This document shows positions 37,704 through 48,171 of a stretch of 64,000 nt of DNA, in pieces. The translations under genes and the position numbers were made by a program. The stretch is taken from assembly GCA_011192125.1 (NCBI GenBank), contig DUEL01000055.1, positions 5,770 to 69,769 on the forward strand, given 5' to 3'. Numbering within the stretch: position 1 is the stretch's first letter; the number at the start of each line of letters is the position of its first letter. The notes beneath the pieces are model-generated. The model searched no databases. It had not been told where the DNA came from and was given only the letters and a program-made list of their open reading frames with translations. Origin of the DNA: Thermoflexia bacterium. Lineage in GTDB: Bacteria > Chloroflexota > Anaerolineae > B4-G1 > DUEL01.

Positions 37704-38627
37704 ATGGGCGGAATGGGCTCGACTGCAGGGTTGGCGGTTATCATCTTGAACTGGAACGCGGCGGATGATACGATTCGTTGCGTCCGCGAGATCGAGGCGT
37801 GGGAGCATCTGCGCCCCACGATCTGGGTTGTGGACAATGGTTCGGCCGAGGAAAGCATCGCCGCGATCGCCCAATCCTGTCCGAATGTGCGCTTGATCCG
37901 TAATGGAGCCAACTTAGGTTTCGCAGGAGGGACCAACCGGGGAATCGTCGCGGCGCTGGCGGTGGATGAGGTGCCGATTCTATTGCTCAATAACGATGCT
38001 TCGGTAGCCGAGCCAGACATCGCCAGATTGCTGGACACGCTCCATAGAGATAAGCGGATCGGCTTCGTCGGCCCGTTGCTGTTCGATATGCACGATACGG
38101 AGCATTTGCTCTCGGCTGGAGGCCGAAACCCGGTTCTGCATCACCACTCACACATCCTCACTCTATCGCCTGGTCCTCCCGTGCGAACGGTCGCGTATGT
38201 GCCAGGGACGGTGGTGGTGGTGCGTCCGGAAGTCTTCCGCCAGGTTGGTCTCTTGGATGAGAACTACTTTTTCTCTATGGAGGTGGCGGACCTGTGCAGG
38301 CGGGCCGCGCAAATTGGCTACCGCAGCGTGGTGGACACACGGGCGCGTGCGTTCCATTCTCTTGAACGCTCATCTGATCTCCGCGGGACATTGCACGTTT
38401 ATTACATTATTCGTAACCGGTTCCTTTTCATCCGCAAGTTCTATCCCCGGTCCATGTGGCTGTTGTCTGCCGTATGGTCACTCTATAGCCTGGCCCTCTG
38501 GCTGAAGGTCCGTGCGGCAGGGAGGCCTACCACCGCCCGAGCGATCTGGCTGGGGTTGTGGGATGGACTGCACGGTCGGTTCGGAGGGCAGAACGAGCGA
38601 GTCTTCTCCTACGTTGGGGGAAAGTAA
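37704..38627 (+). CDS. Glycosyltransferase family 2
   Basis: LAVIILNWNAADDT...WVVDNGSAE...NNDASV GT2 motifs. Confidence 0.7.
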   Translation: MGGMGSTAGLAVIILNWNAADDTIRCVREIEAWEHLRPTIWVVDNGSAEESIAAIAQSCPNVRLIRNGANLGFAGGTNRGIVAALAVDEVPILLLNNDASVAEPDIARLLDTLHRDKRIGFVGPLLFDMHDTEHLLSAGGRNPVLHHHSHILTLSPGPPVRTVAYVPGTVVVVRPEVFRQVGLLDENYFFSMEVADLCRRAAQIGYRSVVDTRARAFHSLERSSDLRGTLHVYYIIRNRFLFIRKFYPRSMWLLSAVWSLYSLALWLKVRAAGRPTTARAIWLGLWDGLHGRFGGQNERVFSYVGGK

Positions 38628-38629
38628 TT

Positions 38630-39649
38630 GTGAGATTGCGCGTCCTCTACCATCTCCCTATCCTCCCTCCCCGCATACCGGCATGCGAGGCCATTTCCCA
38701 GGAGATCAGTGCCCTGTGCCGCCACGTCGATGGTGAGATAGTCTACGTCAACCCTAACCGCCGTTCCCCCTTTCATATGCCCAGATTGTTGTTCGGATTT
38801 CACCGGCTGAGATGGTTGCGTGGCCAGGAGACGACTTTGCACCTCCACCATTTCTACAATCCGGATCCTTTTCCTTTCCCCTACCTTCGCTTGCTCCGGC
38901 AGCCGGTGGTCTATTCACTGACCGGCGGTGTCGTGCGACGGCCGAACGTCCCTTTCTTCACACAGATGGACGCCGTCACTGTGATGGATGAAGAGAGCCT
39001 TGCCCGACTGCAGGAGTGGGGGCTGAGGAATGTGTTCCTAGTGCGGCCAGGGATCGATACCAGTCGATTCACCCACACTCCTCTGCCGCTGAGGTCAGAG
39101 ATCCGGCTGATGGTAGGATCGGCACCGTGGACGAAGGGCCAGTTTCGCACCAAGGGGGTGATGGCTCTGCTAGAGGCCGCGCGGCAGGAGCCACGCCTCC
39201 ACCTGATCTTCCTCTGGCGCGGGGTGCTGGCAGAGGAGATGACCCGTCGAATACGGAAAATGGGGGTGGAGGACCGGGTGACAGTGTTGAACCGGCAGGT
39301 GGACGTGAATCGGCTGCTCGCTAGGGTGCATGCTGCCATCGCCCTGGCATCCACGCCGACAATTGTCAAGGCGTATCCCCATTCGCTGCTCGAGTCGCTG
39401 GCGGCAGGGAAGCCGGTGTTGGTCAGCCGGGCCATCCCAATGGCGAGGTACGTGGAGAACACCGGCTGCGGGGTGGTGGTGGAGGAGGTCTCAGCAACGG
39501 GCGTGCTGACAGCAGTGGCGTCCTTGGCGGAGACATACGAGGCCCGTAGACGGGCGGCGTTGGGCGTAGGACGAGAAACGTTTTCGGTGGATAGGATGAT
39601 TTCATCGTTCCGTCGGGTGTACGAAGGCGTGCTAGGCCGTGGAATGTAG
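38630..39649 (+). CDS. GT-B glycosyltransferase (GT4-like); GTG start at 38630 right after upstream stop
   Basis: C-terminal GT-B features (PWTKGQF, ESLAAGKPVLVSR); GGGGGAAAG RBS; ORF opens 38558 overlapping upstream gene. Confidence 0.5.
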   Translation: MRLRVLYHLPILPPRIPACEAISQEISALCRHVDGEIVYVNPNRRSPFHMPRLLFGFHRLRWLRGQETTLHLHHFYNPDPFPFPYLRLLRQPVVYSLTGGVVRRPNVPFFTQMDAVTVMDEESLARLQEWGLRNVFLVRPGIDTSRFTHTPLPLRSEIRLMVGSAPWTKGQFRTKGVMALLEAARQEPRLHLIFLWRGVLAEEMTRRIRKMGVEDRVTVLNRQVDVNRLLARVHAAIALASTPTIVKAYPHSLLESLAAGKPVLVSRAIPMARYVENTGCGVVVEEVSATGVLTAVASLAETYEARRRAALGVGRETFSVDRMISSFRRVYEGVLGRGM

Positions 39650-39707
39650 AGTGGGGCATATCTGTGTTCGTGTGTGTCTGAGGTATGCTGTGTAAGGAGA
39701 TAAGGGT

Positions 39708-41678
39708 ATGGAACGCAAGTCGAAGGCATTGGTGGGATTGGTCCTCACGGGGTTGATATTTGTCCTGTCATTAACTGGAGGGAGACCTTCCTCGGCCACC
39801 ACGCGGGCCAGCTATACAGTTATCCCCTTGAACGGGGCCAAGATCGTGGGTTCTTCGCCGACGGCCGCTGATTTCAATGGGGATGGGTACAAGGAGATCG
39901 TCGTGGGGGGTAGTGACGGTATCCTGCACGTTGTCTCCTTCGATGGCTTCACGTGGTCCGAGGTGTGGTCCCACCAGACTAATATCGATATCAACGCTGC
40001 CAATCCTCCCAATCCCAACTCCGATAACAACATCCGCACCTCCCCGGCTATTGCTGACCTGGACAACGACGGTCACCTGGATATCGTGGTGACTGTGGGA
40101 GGATTTGTCCATACTGATTTTGAGGACCGGCGCAACGGAGGGGTGCTGGTCTACCGCTATGAGGGGGACTCACCTTGGGACTTTGCGCTGATCGAGCCTC
40201 TCTCCGCGGACGGCTCACGGGGGTGGCCCCAGCCCCGCATAGATCAGATTGGAGCCGGACCGGGCGAAGGAGAGCCGGACGGTCTGTGGGACGGCATCCC
40301 CACTTCGCCAGCGGTAGGCGATATTGACGGTGACGGTGACCTAGAGGTCATCGTCGCGGGGATGGATCGGCGCATCCACGCCTGGCACCACGACGGCACG
40401 GTGGTGGATGGCTGGCCGATCTCCCAATGGAACGGGGACCCCCTCTGGCGGGGCGGGCGTTCCTCTCCAGCGCTGGGGGATATCGACGGGGATGGATTGC
40501 CGGAGATTGTGGTCGGCACGATGAGCCCCTACGAGAATGGGCAACAGGATCAGAACGCAACCCTTTGGGCCCTCAACGGCGATAGCAGCATCGTGCCGGG
40601 CTTCCCAATCCGGACGGAACAACACATCCACTCCTCTCCCGCCCTGGGAGATATTGATGGCGACAGGTATCTGGAGATCGTCGTCGGGGTCGGGGAGGGC
40701 ATCTCCAGCGGCAGGGAGAACATCGTCTACGCCTGGAACCACGACGGTACTCCCCTTCACGTGCCGGGCGGTCAGCCGTGGCCCCGTGAGACCTCCAACA
40801 CTGTTCTGGCTCCACCTGCTCTGGGCGACATCGACGGCGACGGTGAGCCAGAGGTGGTGATCGGCGAAGGAGGGTACGACCTCACCGATGACAACAAGTT
40901 GTACGCCTGGAACGCGGACGGCAGCCTGGTGCCTGGGTTCCCCGTCCTGGTCCCCTCCCCCAGCCCGTGGGCTACTGGCTCGCTCCCCCTGCAATATACG
41001 CCCATTTTGGCCGATTTCGACGGCGACGGGACGGTTGAGATCCTGGCCACGCACCTCAACGATTGGGGCTTTGTGGTAGTGGAGCCGGATGGCACCGTCA
41101 GCGACGTCACAGGGCACCCTATGCGGCAGGGGCTGTGGGCCCCGCCTATGGTGGACGATGTGGACGGCGATGGCCTGCTGGAGATCGTGGCGGCCAGCGG
41201 CGACGCGGACGAGAACGGGGAGATACGTATCTGGGACGAGAACGGTACTACGGCGTCGGCTCTGCCCTGGCCAATGTTCCACCACGACATTGAGCGTACC
41301 GGCCTTTACACCGCCCCTCCCTCCCTGGGATTCCCCGACCAGGTCTGTGTGTTTCACCAACAGGGGAGTGGCCCGTCCGAAAGTGTGAGAGTCTCCATCT
41401 GGAACGAAGGGGATGGGGCGTTCGATTGGGTGCTGGCCTCCTCCACCGGTCTAATTCAGCTTTCACCCACCTCCGGTACGTTGACGGAGAGCACCAGCGT
41501 GCAGTTAACTGTGGATGTTAGCAGCCTTCCCAATGGATGGACGACAGTCGGTCAGATCACCGCGACGGCTACCTATGCAGGGGAGGAGGTTGCGGGTAGC
41601 CCTAGAACCGCCCCGGTCTCGGTGTACGTCGGCGATGTGTACTATGGCTACCTGCCGGTCGTTCTACGGAGGTACTAG
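39708..41678 (+). CDS. Secreted FG-GAP/VCBS-repeat beta-propeller protein
   Basis: Signal peptide; at least 7 repeats of the form ADFNGDGYKEIVVG / ADLDNDGHLDIVVT / GDIDGDGDLEVIVAG / GDIDGDGLPEIVVG. Confidence 0.65.
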   Translation: MERKSKALVGLVLTGLIFVLSLTGGRPSSATTRASYTVIPLNGAKIVGSSPTAADFNGDGYKEIVVGGSDGILHVVSFDGFTWSEVWSHQTNIDINAANPPNPNSDNNIRTSPAIADLDNDGHLDIVVTVGGFVHTDFEDRRNGGVLVYRYEGDSPWDFALIEPLSADGSRGWPQPRIDQIGAGPGEGEPDGLWDGIPTSPAVGDIDGDGDLEVIVAGMDRRIHAWHHDGTVVDGWPISQWNGDPLWRGGRSSPALGDIDGDGLPEIVVGTMSPYENGQQDQNATLWALNGDSSIVPGFPIRTEQHIHSSPALGDIDGDRYLEIVVGVGEGISSGRENIVYAWNHDGTPLHVPGGQPWPRETSNTVLAPPALGDIDGDGEPEVVIGEGGYDLTDDNKLYAWNADGSLVPGFPVLVPSPSPWATGSLPLQYTPILADFDGDGTVEILATHLNDWGFVVVEPDGTVSDVTGHPMRQGLWAPPMVDDVDGDGLLEIVAASGDADENGEIRIWDENGTTASALPWPMFHHDIERTGLYTAPPSLGFPDQVCVFHQQGSGPSESVRVSIWNEGDGAFDWVLASSTGLIQLSPTSGTLTESTSVQLTVDVSSLPNGWTTVGQITATATYAGEEVAGSPRTAPVSVYVGDVYYGYLPVVLRRY

Positions 41679-41683
41679 TTTAA

Positions 41684-42493
41684 GTGGAAGCACTACCACC
41701 CTCCTTCCGGCCTAGCCTACTGACTGTTGTAAAGGATTACATCAACCGAGCAGTTCGGGGAGAGCTCCACCTGCCTCCCTGGTGGTTGCGCGACGTAGGC
41801 GGCAGCGACTTCAGGGCTACGGGGGAGGAGTTTCTTCGCCTGTTCGTCCAGATCGGCGGCCTGCAGCCCGACGAGCGGGTCCTAGAGATCGGCTGCGGCA
41901 GTGGGCGTATGGCTATTCCCCTGACCAGCTATCTGAGTCGCGCAGGGCTTTACGTTGGGATGGACATTACGCGCCCGACCGTCCTGTGGTGCCAGCGACA
42001 CATCTCCCGCCGCTATCCCAATTTCCACTTCCTGCACGTCGATCTCTACAACAAACGCTACAATCCTACCGGGCGGTACCTGGCTAGAGAGTATCCCTTC
42101 CCTTTTAGAGATCAAAGCTTCAGCTTCATTTTTCTCACATCGGTCTTCACCCACCTGCTACCGGAAGATACTGCCCACTACCTGCGCGAGATCGCGCGTA
42201 TGCTGCGTCGGGATGGGCGGGCATTCTTCACTTTTTTCCTGCTTAATGATGAACAACGACGGCTGGCGAAGCGAGGATGCAATGATATCCGTTTTGAGTA
42301 CGGGCCGGGATTCTACCGGGTGCGCGACCCTGCCGTACCGGAAAGTGCCGTTGCCTACGACGAGGTTTATCTTCTCGACCTGCTCTCGGAGTGCGGGTTA
42401 GTTCTGCGCCAACCGGTCTACTATGGCTCGTGGAGTGGTCGGGACGATGGCGTTTCATATCAGGACATCATAATCGTTCAGCACCGGGAATGA
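41684..42493 (+). CDS. Class I SAM-dependent methyltransferase
   Basis: VLEIGCGSGRMAIPL motif I, DITRP motif II. Confidence 0.65.
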   Translation: MEALPPSFRPSLLTVVKDYINRAVRGELHLPPWWLRDVGGSDFRATGEEFLRLFVQIGGLQPDERVLEIGCGSGRMAIPLTSYLSRAGLYVGMDITRPTVLWCQRHISRRYPNFHFLHVDLYNKRYNPTGRYLAREYPFPFRDQSFSFIFLTSVFTHLLPEDTAHYLREIARMLRRDGRAFFTFFLLNDEQRRLAKRGCNDIRFEYGPGFYRVRDPAVPESAVAYDEVYLLDLLSECGLVLRQPVYYGSWSGRDDGVSYQDIIIVQHRE

Positions 42494-42504
42494 CGTTGTA
42501 GGGC

Positions 42505-43488
42505 ATGGAGACGGAAACTACGGTTATCATTCCGAACTGGAATACCAGGCACTGGCTGCCAGGTTGTCTAGGCGGCCTGCGTGAGCAGATCTATCGAGAC
42601 TTTCGGATTATCCTAGTGGATAACGGCTCAACTGATGGTTCGGTCACCTTCGTGCGGGAGTACTATCCTGAGGTCCAGGTTCTGGCTTTTGATCGAAATA
42701 GGGGGTTCGCCTCGGCGGTCAACGCTGGCATCCGAGAGTCCCATTCCCCCTATGTAGCTCTGCTTAATGTTGATACGATACCTCTGCCGGGCTGGCTACT
42801 CCATCTGGTCGAAACGATCAAGAGCGGTCCCGATGTTGGCAGCGTGGCCTCTAAGATGCTACAGTTGGAGAACCCGACCCTCGTGGATGATGCGGGCGAC
42901 ATGTTCAGTTGGTACGGATCGGCCCGCAAGCGGGGACAAGGAGAGCCAGCCCAATGGTATGATCGTCCGGAGGAAGTATTATCTGCCTGCGCTGGTGCGG
43001 CTCTTTACCGCCGCGCGCTGCTTGAGGAGCTGGGAGGTTTTGATGAGTCGTTCGTTAGCTATCTGGAGGACATTGATCTGGGGCTGCGAGCACGGCTTCT
43101 AGGTTATCGCTGTCTATACGCACCCGAGGCGAGGGTGCTCCACCAAGGGCACGGGGCTGGCATTGCCCGTTCACGGTATGTCTATCTAATGACCCGCAAC
43201 CGGTTGGCTGTGCTGACCAAGAACATCCCCTCATCCCTGCTGCGCAAGCACTGGCGGACCTTGCTCTATGGTCAGTTCTATTTCTTCCTGGTCTATAAGC
43301 GGCCGCTCCACTCCATTGCCGGCACCGTCGCCTGGCTGGTGGCCTTACCGCGCCTCTTGAGGCAACGGCGCGAGATCCAGGCGCGGAAGGTCATTTCGGA
43401 TCAGACGCTGGAGGCTCTGCTCTCCACCGAGCTAGGAGAAATTCCGCTCAGGGAGATCATTGTCAACAAACTGCGGCGAGTTTCATAA
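42505..43488 (+). CDS. Glycosyltransferase family 2 (WbbL-like rhamnosyltransferase type)
   Basis: TTVIIPNWNTRHWL...ILVDNGSTDGS...LNVDTIP...DEDIDLGLR. Confidence 0.75.
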   Translation: METETTVIIPNWNTRHWLPGCLGGLREQIYRDFRIILVDNGSTDGSVTFVREYYPEVQVLAFDRNRGFASAVNAGIRESHSPYVALLNVDTIPLPGWLLHLVETIKSGPDVGSVASKMLQLENPTLVDDAGDMFSWYGSARKRGQGEPAQWYDRPEEVLSACAGAALYRRALLEELGGFDESFVSYLEDIDLGLRARLLGYRCLYAPEARVLHQGHGAGIARSRYVYLMTRNRLAVLTKNIPSSLLRKHWRTLLYGQFYFFLVYKRPLHSIAGTVAWLVALPRLLRQRREIQARKVISDQTLEALLSTELGEIPLREIIVNKLRRVS

Positions 43489-44844
43489 GTGCCGCACCTT
43501 CCAACGCGCATACTCGTGTAGCTGGGTGACAATGCCTCTCGCACCTCCCAGTCGCAAGGCTCGCCAGCCTTTTTGTAGCAGCCGTCGCCAACCTCCCCAT
43601 TTCCCTGAAGGGATTACCCCCCCTATGGGATACCCCTTGTCAGGTGCGGTGTAAGGGGCGGCGCAGAAATCCGCTAGCGGCTTCACAACGATATCCCATC
43701 GGTAATTTTTCGCTACTTCCTGTATGCGGTCCCGACGCTCCTGACAGTCGATCGGGTCTCTCAATACATCCAAGATGGCTCGAGCTACCCCTTCGACGTC
43801 ACCAGGTGCGACCAGTGTAGCCAGCCCCTGGGCAGCCAGTGTCTCCCCCATCACGTCGCCGACCGTCGCGACAATGGGCAGTCCTGCCCACAAGTAGTCC
43901 AGCAGGCGTGTTCGGAAGGCAAAGCGTGTTTCTACATGATCCAGATGCAGGCTGACGCCCACGTCTGCCTCAAGCAGGTAGTTCTGGCGCTCGTCGTAGG
44001 GGACCCAGTCGTTGAAGAAAATATGGGTTCCGTACAGCCCCATTTCCTTACTGAGCGCAATAGCCTGCTCTACCGCTGTTGTCCGCGCACGCTCCTGGTT
44101 GGAGCGCTTGATGCCCATGAAGAAAAGCTTAACGTCGTCACGATGGGCTAGTATACGTGGCATAGCCTTGATCATTGTTGGTGCGTCGAACCATTCCCAA
44201 ATGCCCCCGCCCCACAAGATAACCTTGTCGTGAGGCTGGATGAAGGGAGAAACTCCCTTCAGGACGGGGTGGGTGTGCTGTGGCGGTTCTGCAGGCAAGC
44301 CGAAAGGCACAACAGCGATCAGTCGGCGCAACGAGGGGTCGTCTTGATAGGTATACGGGTTGACGCGCCCCGCAGCCGAGAGCATACCTAGCCAGTAATC
44401 CCGCTGTTTCTCACCTGCGCAGATAAAGAAATCGCCCGCGCGCAGCTGGAGCCAGAGCGCTTCAAGATAATTCTCATACGAAATGAGACGGTCCAGCCAG
44501 TCCATATGGGCCTTACGTTGCAGATCCTCTAACAAGAAAGGATCGTAAAGGTCCACCACCAGGGGCTTTCCAGATTCGGCCACGAATGGGTAAAGAAACA
44601 GCACAACCCCCAATGTCACAACCACATCGCAGTCCTCGACCAGTGCGCGCAACTCCCGCACTGTAGGGCAGATCCGAAGCCAATCTTCGCCAGAGGGTGG
44701 GGTTTGGGGGGCAATGAAGGGCGGTACTGCCAGGGTGACATCAAAGTGCTGGCCCAGCGCGCGCGTTAGCTCCCAGTAGCGGATGCCGGGGCCGGCCATG
44801 TTCTTGCCCACGATGTCGTTGCATATAAGAAGAACCCGAGTCAT
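43483..44844 (-). CDS. GT-B glycosyltransferase (GT4-like)
   Basis: MTRVLLICNDIVGKNMAGPGIRYWELTRAL N-domain; C-terminal GLPIVAT...E motif; ATG 44844 chosen (ORF opens GTG 44853). Confidence 0.55.
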   Translation of the reverse strand: MTRVLLICNDIVGKNMAGPGIRYWELTRALGQHFDVTLAVPPFIAPQTPPSGEDWLRICPTVRELRALVEDCDVVVTLGVVLFLYPFVAESGKPLVVDLYDPFLLEDLQRKAHMDWLDRLISYENYLEALWLQLRAGDFFICAGEKQRDYWLGMLSAAGRVNPYTYQDDPSLRRLIAVVPFGLPAEPPQHTHPVLKGVSPFIQPHDKVILWGGGIWEWFDAPTMIKAMPRILAHRDDVKLFFMGIKRSNQERARTTAVEQAIALSKEMGLYGTHIFFNDWVPYDERQNYLLEADVGVSLHLDHVETRFAFRTRLLDYLWAGLPIVATVGDVMGETLAAQGLATLVAPGDVEGVARAILDVLRDPIDCQERRDRIQEVAKNYRWDIVVKPLADFCAAPYTAPDKGYPIGGVIPSGKWGGWRRLLQKGWRALRLGGARGIVTQLHEYARWKVRHL

Positions 44845-45100
44845 ATTCCTCACTCTATTTCCTATTTCTACTGCGGAGCTAATTATACCACTAGGCTACT
44901 CGCCATCAACATGATATGGGGAGGTGCTCAAGGTATTCGAATCAGAAGCGTAGGACAGCATCTCTCCACGACATATCGGTTTATCGGCTCACTGCTATCA
45001 CGGGGGAACAATTATGTGCCGGAGGCGCATCGCACCTGCGACAGGGGCTATAATGGGAGGGACAGGACGGCTTATTGCTTGACACAAGCACTAGGCGGCT

Positions 45101-45128
45101 TTGCCAGGGCCATGGGGCGTGGTATAAT
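45101..45128 (+). promoter_or_regulatory. Sigma70-like promoter with extended -10 (TTGCCA-16-TGgTATAAT) for 984-aa GT gene
   Basis: ttgcca gggccatggggcgtgg tataat, about 60 nt upstream of ATG 45190; located in a lower-GC 336-bp divergent intergenic region. Confidence 0.35.
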
Positions 45129-45189
45129 CTGGACCATTCAATCGGGGTGAAGATCGGTAGCGCATCTTAGCGTCGAGGGTGGAGAGGCG

Positions 45190-48144
45190 ATGCCTTTCTC
45201 TGTTTATTTTATCAGCGGTTGCAAGGCTGGCACCACTTTTGAATACCGCGTCTTGCAAAAACAGGAGCAATTGGCCGCGTATGGTATCCCCAGCCTGGCA
45301 CGGCAGGAGCTGGTCGACCGCGAGCAACTCCTCCAAGAGGCAGCGTCCCATGATGTGCTCTATCTCTATCGCATTGCCTATGGTCCCCTCATCGAAGATC
45401 TGATTGAGCAAGCGCGCGGGCAGGGTATTCCTGTTGTCTTCGACATAGATGATTTGGTGTTCGAGCCCGAATTGGTTCACTGTGTGGATCCTGTTAGAGC
45501 GATGGATCACGAGGAGGCGGCCCTCTACTATAAAGGCGTTTGGCGCTACCGCCGCACGCTCCTGGCCAGTGATGCGGTTGTTACCTCCACCGGGTATCTG
45601 GCAGAGAGAGCGCGCGCTCTGGGCAAACGGGCCTTTGTGCATCGTAACGGCCTCAGCAGGTGGATGATCGAAGAAGCATCTCGTCTGGTTGAGCAGCGTC
45701 GAACGCAATCGAACTCCGAAAGGGTGATCATCGGGTATGGCAGTGGTACAGCTACCCATCGTAAGGATCTGGCCGAAGCAGCCGAAGCGCTAGGGGAGAT
45801 TATGGCCCGCTATCCCTATGTCGAACTGCACATTGTGGGTGCGCTCCACCTCAGCGATCCATTGCCTTTGCCAGATGAACTCAAACCATTCGCCGACCGC
45901 ATTCGGCATCGCCCCGCCGTGGCCTGGCGGGACTGGCTCGCTGTGCAGAGTAGCTTCGATATCAATCTTGCCCCTCTGGAATCCGGCAACCCCTATTGTG
46001 AAGCCAAGAGCGAGATCAAATACACTGAGGCAGCCATCGTAGGTGTGCCGACCGTCGCCAGCCGCACTGGCGCCTTCGAGTTCGCCATCCGCGACGGCGA
46101 GACCGGGTTCCTGGCTGGTGACACCGATGAGTGGGTGGCTAAGCTGGAAGCATTGGTGACCGACGCACCGCTGCGCCAGCGGATGGGGGAAGCAGCTCGT
46201 CTCGATGTGCTCGCCCGATACACGCCGGAGGTGCTGGGGAAGCAGTTGGTGGAAACGTTGACTACCATTCAGACCTTCCACCATCAAACCCGTGCGGCGG
46301 TTTCGATCCCTGGCACAGCCGAGGCCCCTCTGATTCTGAACTGGATCTTTCCGGAGCCAATCCCCGGCTCCGGTGGGCACAGGAACATTGTTCGGATGAT
46401 CAACCTGCTGGCCAGTTTCGGTCATCAGGTCAACGCCTACATTGTACCGCGCTACCACCTGTGGGACAAAAGTGATCTGGAGGTGCGCGCGTTCGTGCGT
46501 CGTCACTTCACCGACCTTGACGCCGGGGTTTTCAAATGGGCTGGCGGGCCAATGGTTGAATCGGACGCGGTTGTCCTGACCCACTGGTCCACGGCCTATC
46601 TAATCGACAATGTTAGGAACACCTCGAAGATCTTCTACTTTGTGCAGGATTGGGAGCCCTTCTTCTTCCCGATGGGAACCGACTACCTGCGTGCGGAACA
46701 GACCTACAAAATGGGCTTTTCTTGCATCACTCTCGGGCGCTGGTTAACCAAGCGGCTGCGGGAGTGGTACAACGCCGACGCGGACTATTTCGACCTGGCG
46801 GTGGACCACCATATCTACTACCCTCGTCCGGTTGAGAAAGCTGACCATCCTCGTATCTGCTTCTACGCCCGCCCCTCTACCCCTCGTCGTCTCTTCCCAA
46901 TCGGGATTGAGGCGCTTGAGCGGATCCACCAGCGCCGTCCAGATGTAGAAATCGTTCTCTATGGCACTGAGGATGCGGAACTGTGCCAATATGAGATCTC
47001 GTTTCCTTACACGAATCGAGGTATCCTCACAGAGGAGGAACTGGCTGAGCTGTTCTCAGCCTGCGAGGTGGGCATAGTCCTCTCCCCCACCAATTGTTCC
47101 CTGATCCCTCCGGAGATGATGGCCTGTCGTTGTGCCGTGGTGGACCTGAACCGGGAAACGGTGATGGGAGTGCTGGAGCATGAGGTCAACGCGCTGCTGG
47201 CGGAGCCGACGCCGGAGGCTATCGCTGAGGCGGTGCTGCGCCTGCTGGAAGACGAGCCACTGCGCCAACGGCTGGTGGAGACGGCCTATCGACAGATGCA
47301 GGAGCGCTCTTGGCTCAAGTCGGCGCGGAAGGTGGAGGAGATCTTGTACCGGAAGTTGCCCGCGATGCGCCGAGGGCTTGCCCCGCATCGTTTCAAAATG
47401 CTCCCAAATCTGCCCGCGCTGGGCGGTTTACCCGAGGATCAGCAATACCGCCTGAACATCATCCACGCCGCCCGGCGGCGGGTGTTCGCGCAGGGAAAAG
47501 CCGTCCTCTGGGCGTGGTGGGAACGGATTCTGAGGACGGTCCGACGTGTGACGCTGAACGGAGCGACAGTGCGGCCACTGGGTGAGCTAACGGGTCGACG
47601 GCAGATTGGGCAGCACTTCGTTGCCCGACGGGATGGACTCTATCGGGTGGATGTGCTAGTCGACACCTACGGCCGCTGCAACACACGCGATATCATATTT
47701 CGCCTCAGGGAGTCTCCCACTGCCGAGGATGATCTGGCAACCGTGCGCGTCAACGCCAGCCTGCTACTCGACCGGGGGTATGTCAGCTTTGCCTTCACTC
47801 CCCTGACTGACTCAGGTGGCAAATCCTACTATTTTGTCATCGAGTCGCCGGAATCAGTGCCGGGGGACGCGATCACTCTATGGGCATACCGTGATGCCGA
47901 TGTGCCGGGTGCAGAGCTGGAGTGGAACGGGCGCACCATCAGCGGGCATCTGGTCTTCGGGTTGTTCTATTGGGATGAGCGGGTGGGTGTCGTGGGAGAG
48001 CGTCCCCTCTTACACGAATGGAGCGGAGGGATCACTTTCTTGGATCGGCTGAAAAAGGGCTTGCACGTACTTGCGGTTCAGGGGCTGAAAGGGCTGCAGC
48101 GTGAGGTGGTGAACTACTGGAAGTGGAAGACCGGGCGAGTATGA
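45190..48144 (+). CDS. Large multidomain glycosyltransferase (at least two GT-B modules plus C-terminal domain); N-terminal module paralogous to 49235..50611
   Basis: 984 aa; N-terminal 100 aa align with gene 49235..50611 (YxxxxxxGxxxxxxYRxxxxQEQLAxxGIP...DxDDLVFxPEL); central WsaF-like Rossmann module; RBS GGAGAGG. Confidence 0.55.
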   Translation: MPFSVYFISGCKAGTTFEYRVLQKQEQLAAYGIPSLARQELVDREQLLQEAASHDVLYLYRIAYGPLIEDLIEQARGQGIPVVFDIDDLVFEPELVHCVDPVRAMDHEEAALYYKGVWRYRRTLLASDAVVTSTGYLAERARALGKRAFVHRNGLSRWMIEEASRLVEQRRTQSNSERVIIGYGSGTATHRKDLAEAAEALGEIMARYPYVELHIVGALHLSDPLPLPDELKPFADRIRHRPAVAWRDWLAVQSSFDINLAPLESGNPYCEAKSEIKYTEAAIVGVPTVASRTGAFEFAIRDGETGFLAGDTDEWVAKLEALVTDAPLRQRMGEAARLDVLARYTPEVLGKQLVETLTTIQTFHHQTRAAVSIPGTAEAPLILNWIFPEPIPGSGGHRNIVRMINLLASFGHQVNAYIVPRYHLWDKSDLEVRAFVRRHFTDLDAGVFKWAGGPMVESDAVVLTHWSTAYLIDNVRNTSKIFYFVQDWEPFFFPMGTDYLRAEQTYKMGFSCITLGRWLTKRLREWYNADADYFDLAVDHHIYYPRPVEKADHPRICFYARPSTPRRLFPIGIEALERIHQRRPDVEIVLYGTEDAELCQYEISFPYTNRGILTEEELAELFSACEVGIVLSPTNCSLIPPEMMACRCAVVDLNRETVMGVLEHEVNALLAEPTPEAIAEAVLRLLEDEPLRQRLVETAYRQMQERSWLKSARKVEEILYRKLPAMRRGLAPHRFKMLPNLPALGGLPEDQQYRLNIIHAARRRVFAQGKAVLWAWWERILRTVRRVTLNGATVRPLGELTGRRQIGQHFVARRDGLYRVDVLVDTYGRCNTRDIIFRLRESPTAEDDLATVRVNASLLLDRGYVSFAFTPLTDSGGKSYYFVIESPESVPGDAITLWAYRDADVPGAELEWNGRTISGHLVFGLFYWDERVGVVGERPLLHEWSGGITFLDRLKKGLHVLAVQGLKGLQREVVNYWKWKTGRV

Positions 48145-48171
48145 GGAGGCGCCTGTGACGGGTCCTCCCAA

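Noticed and set aside
38911-39729. 272-aa minus-strand ORF opposite the GT-B gene 38630..39649
   Set aside because: No motifs and fully overlapped by a glycosyltransferase-like ORF with operon continuity on the + strand.
40341-41360. 339-aa minus-strand ORF opposite the FG-GAP protein gene
   Set aside because: The FG-GAP gene has signal peptide, RBS and repeated DxDxDG motifs. The antisense translation is featureless.
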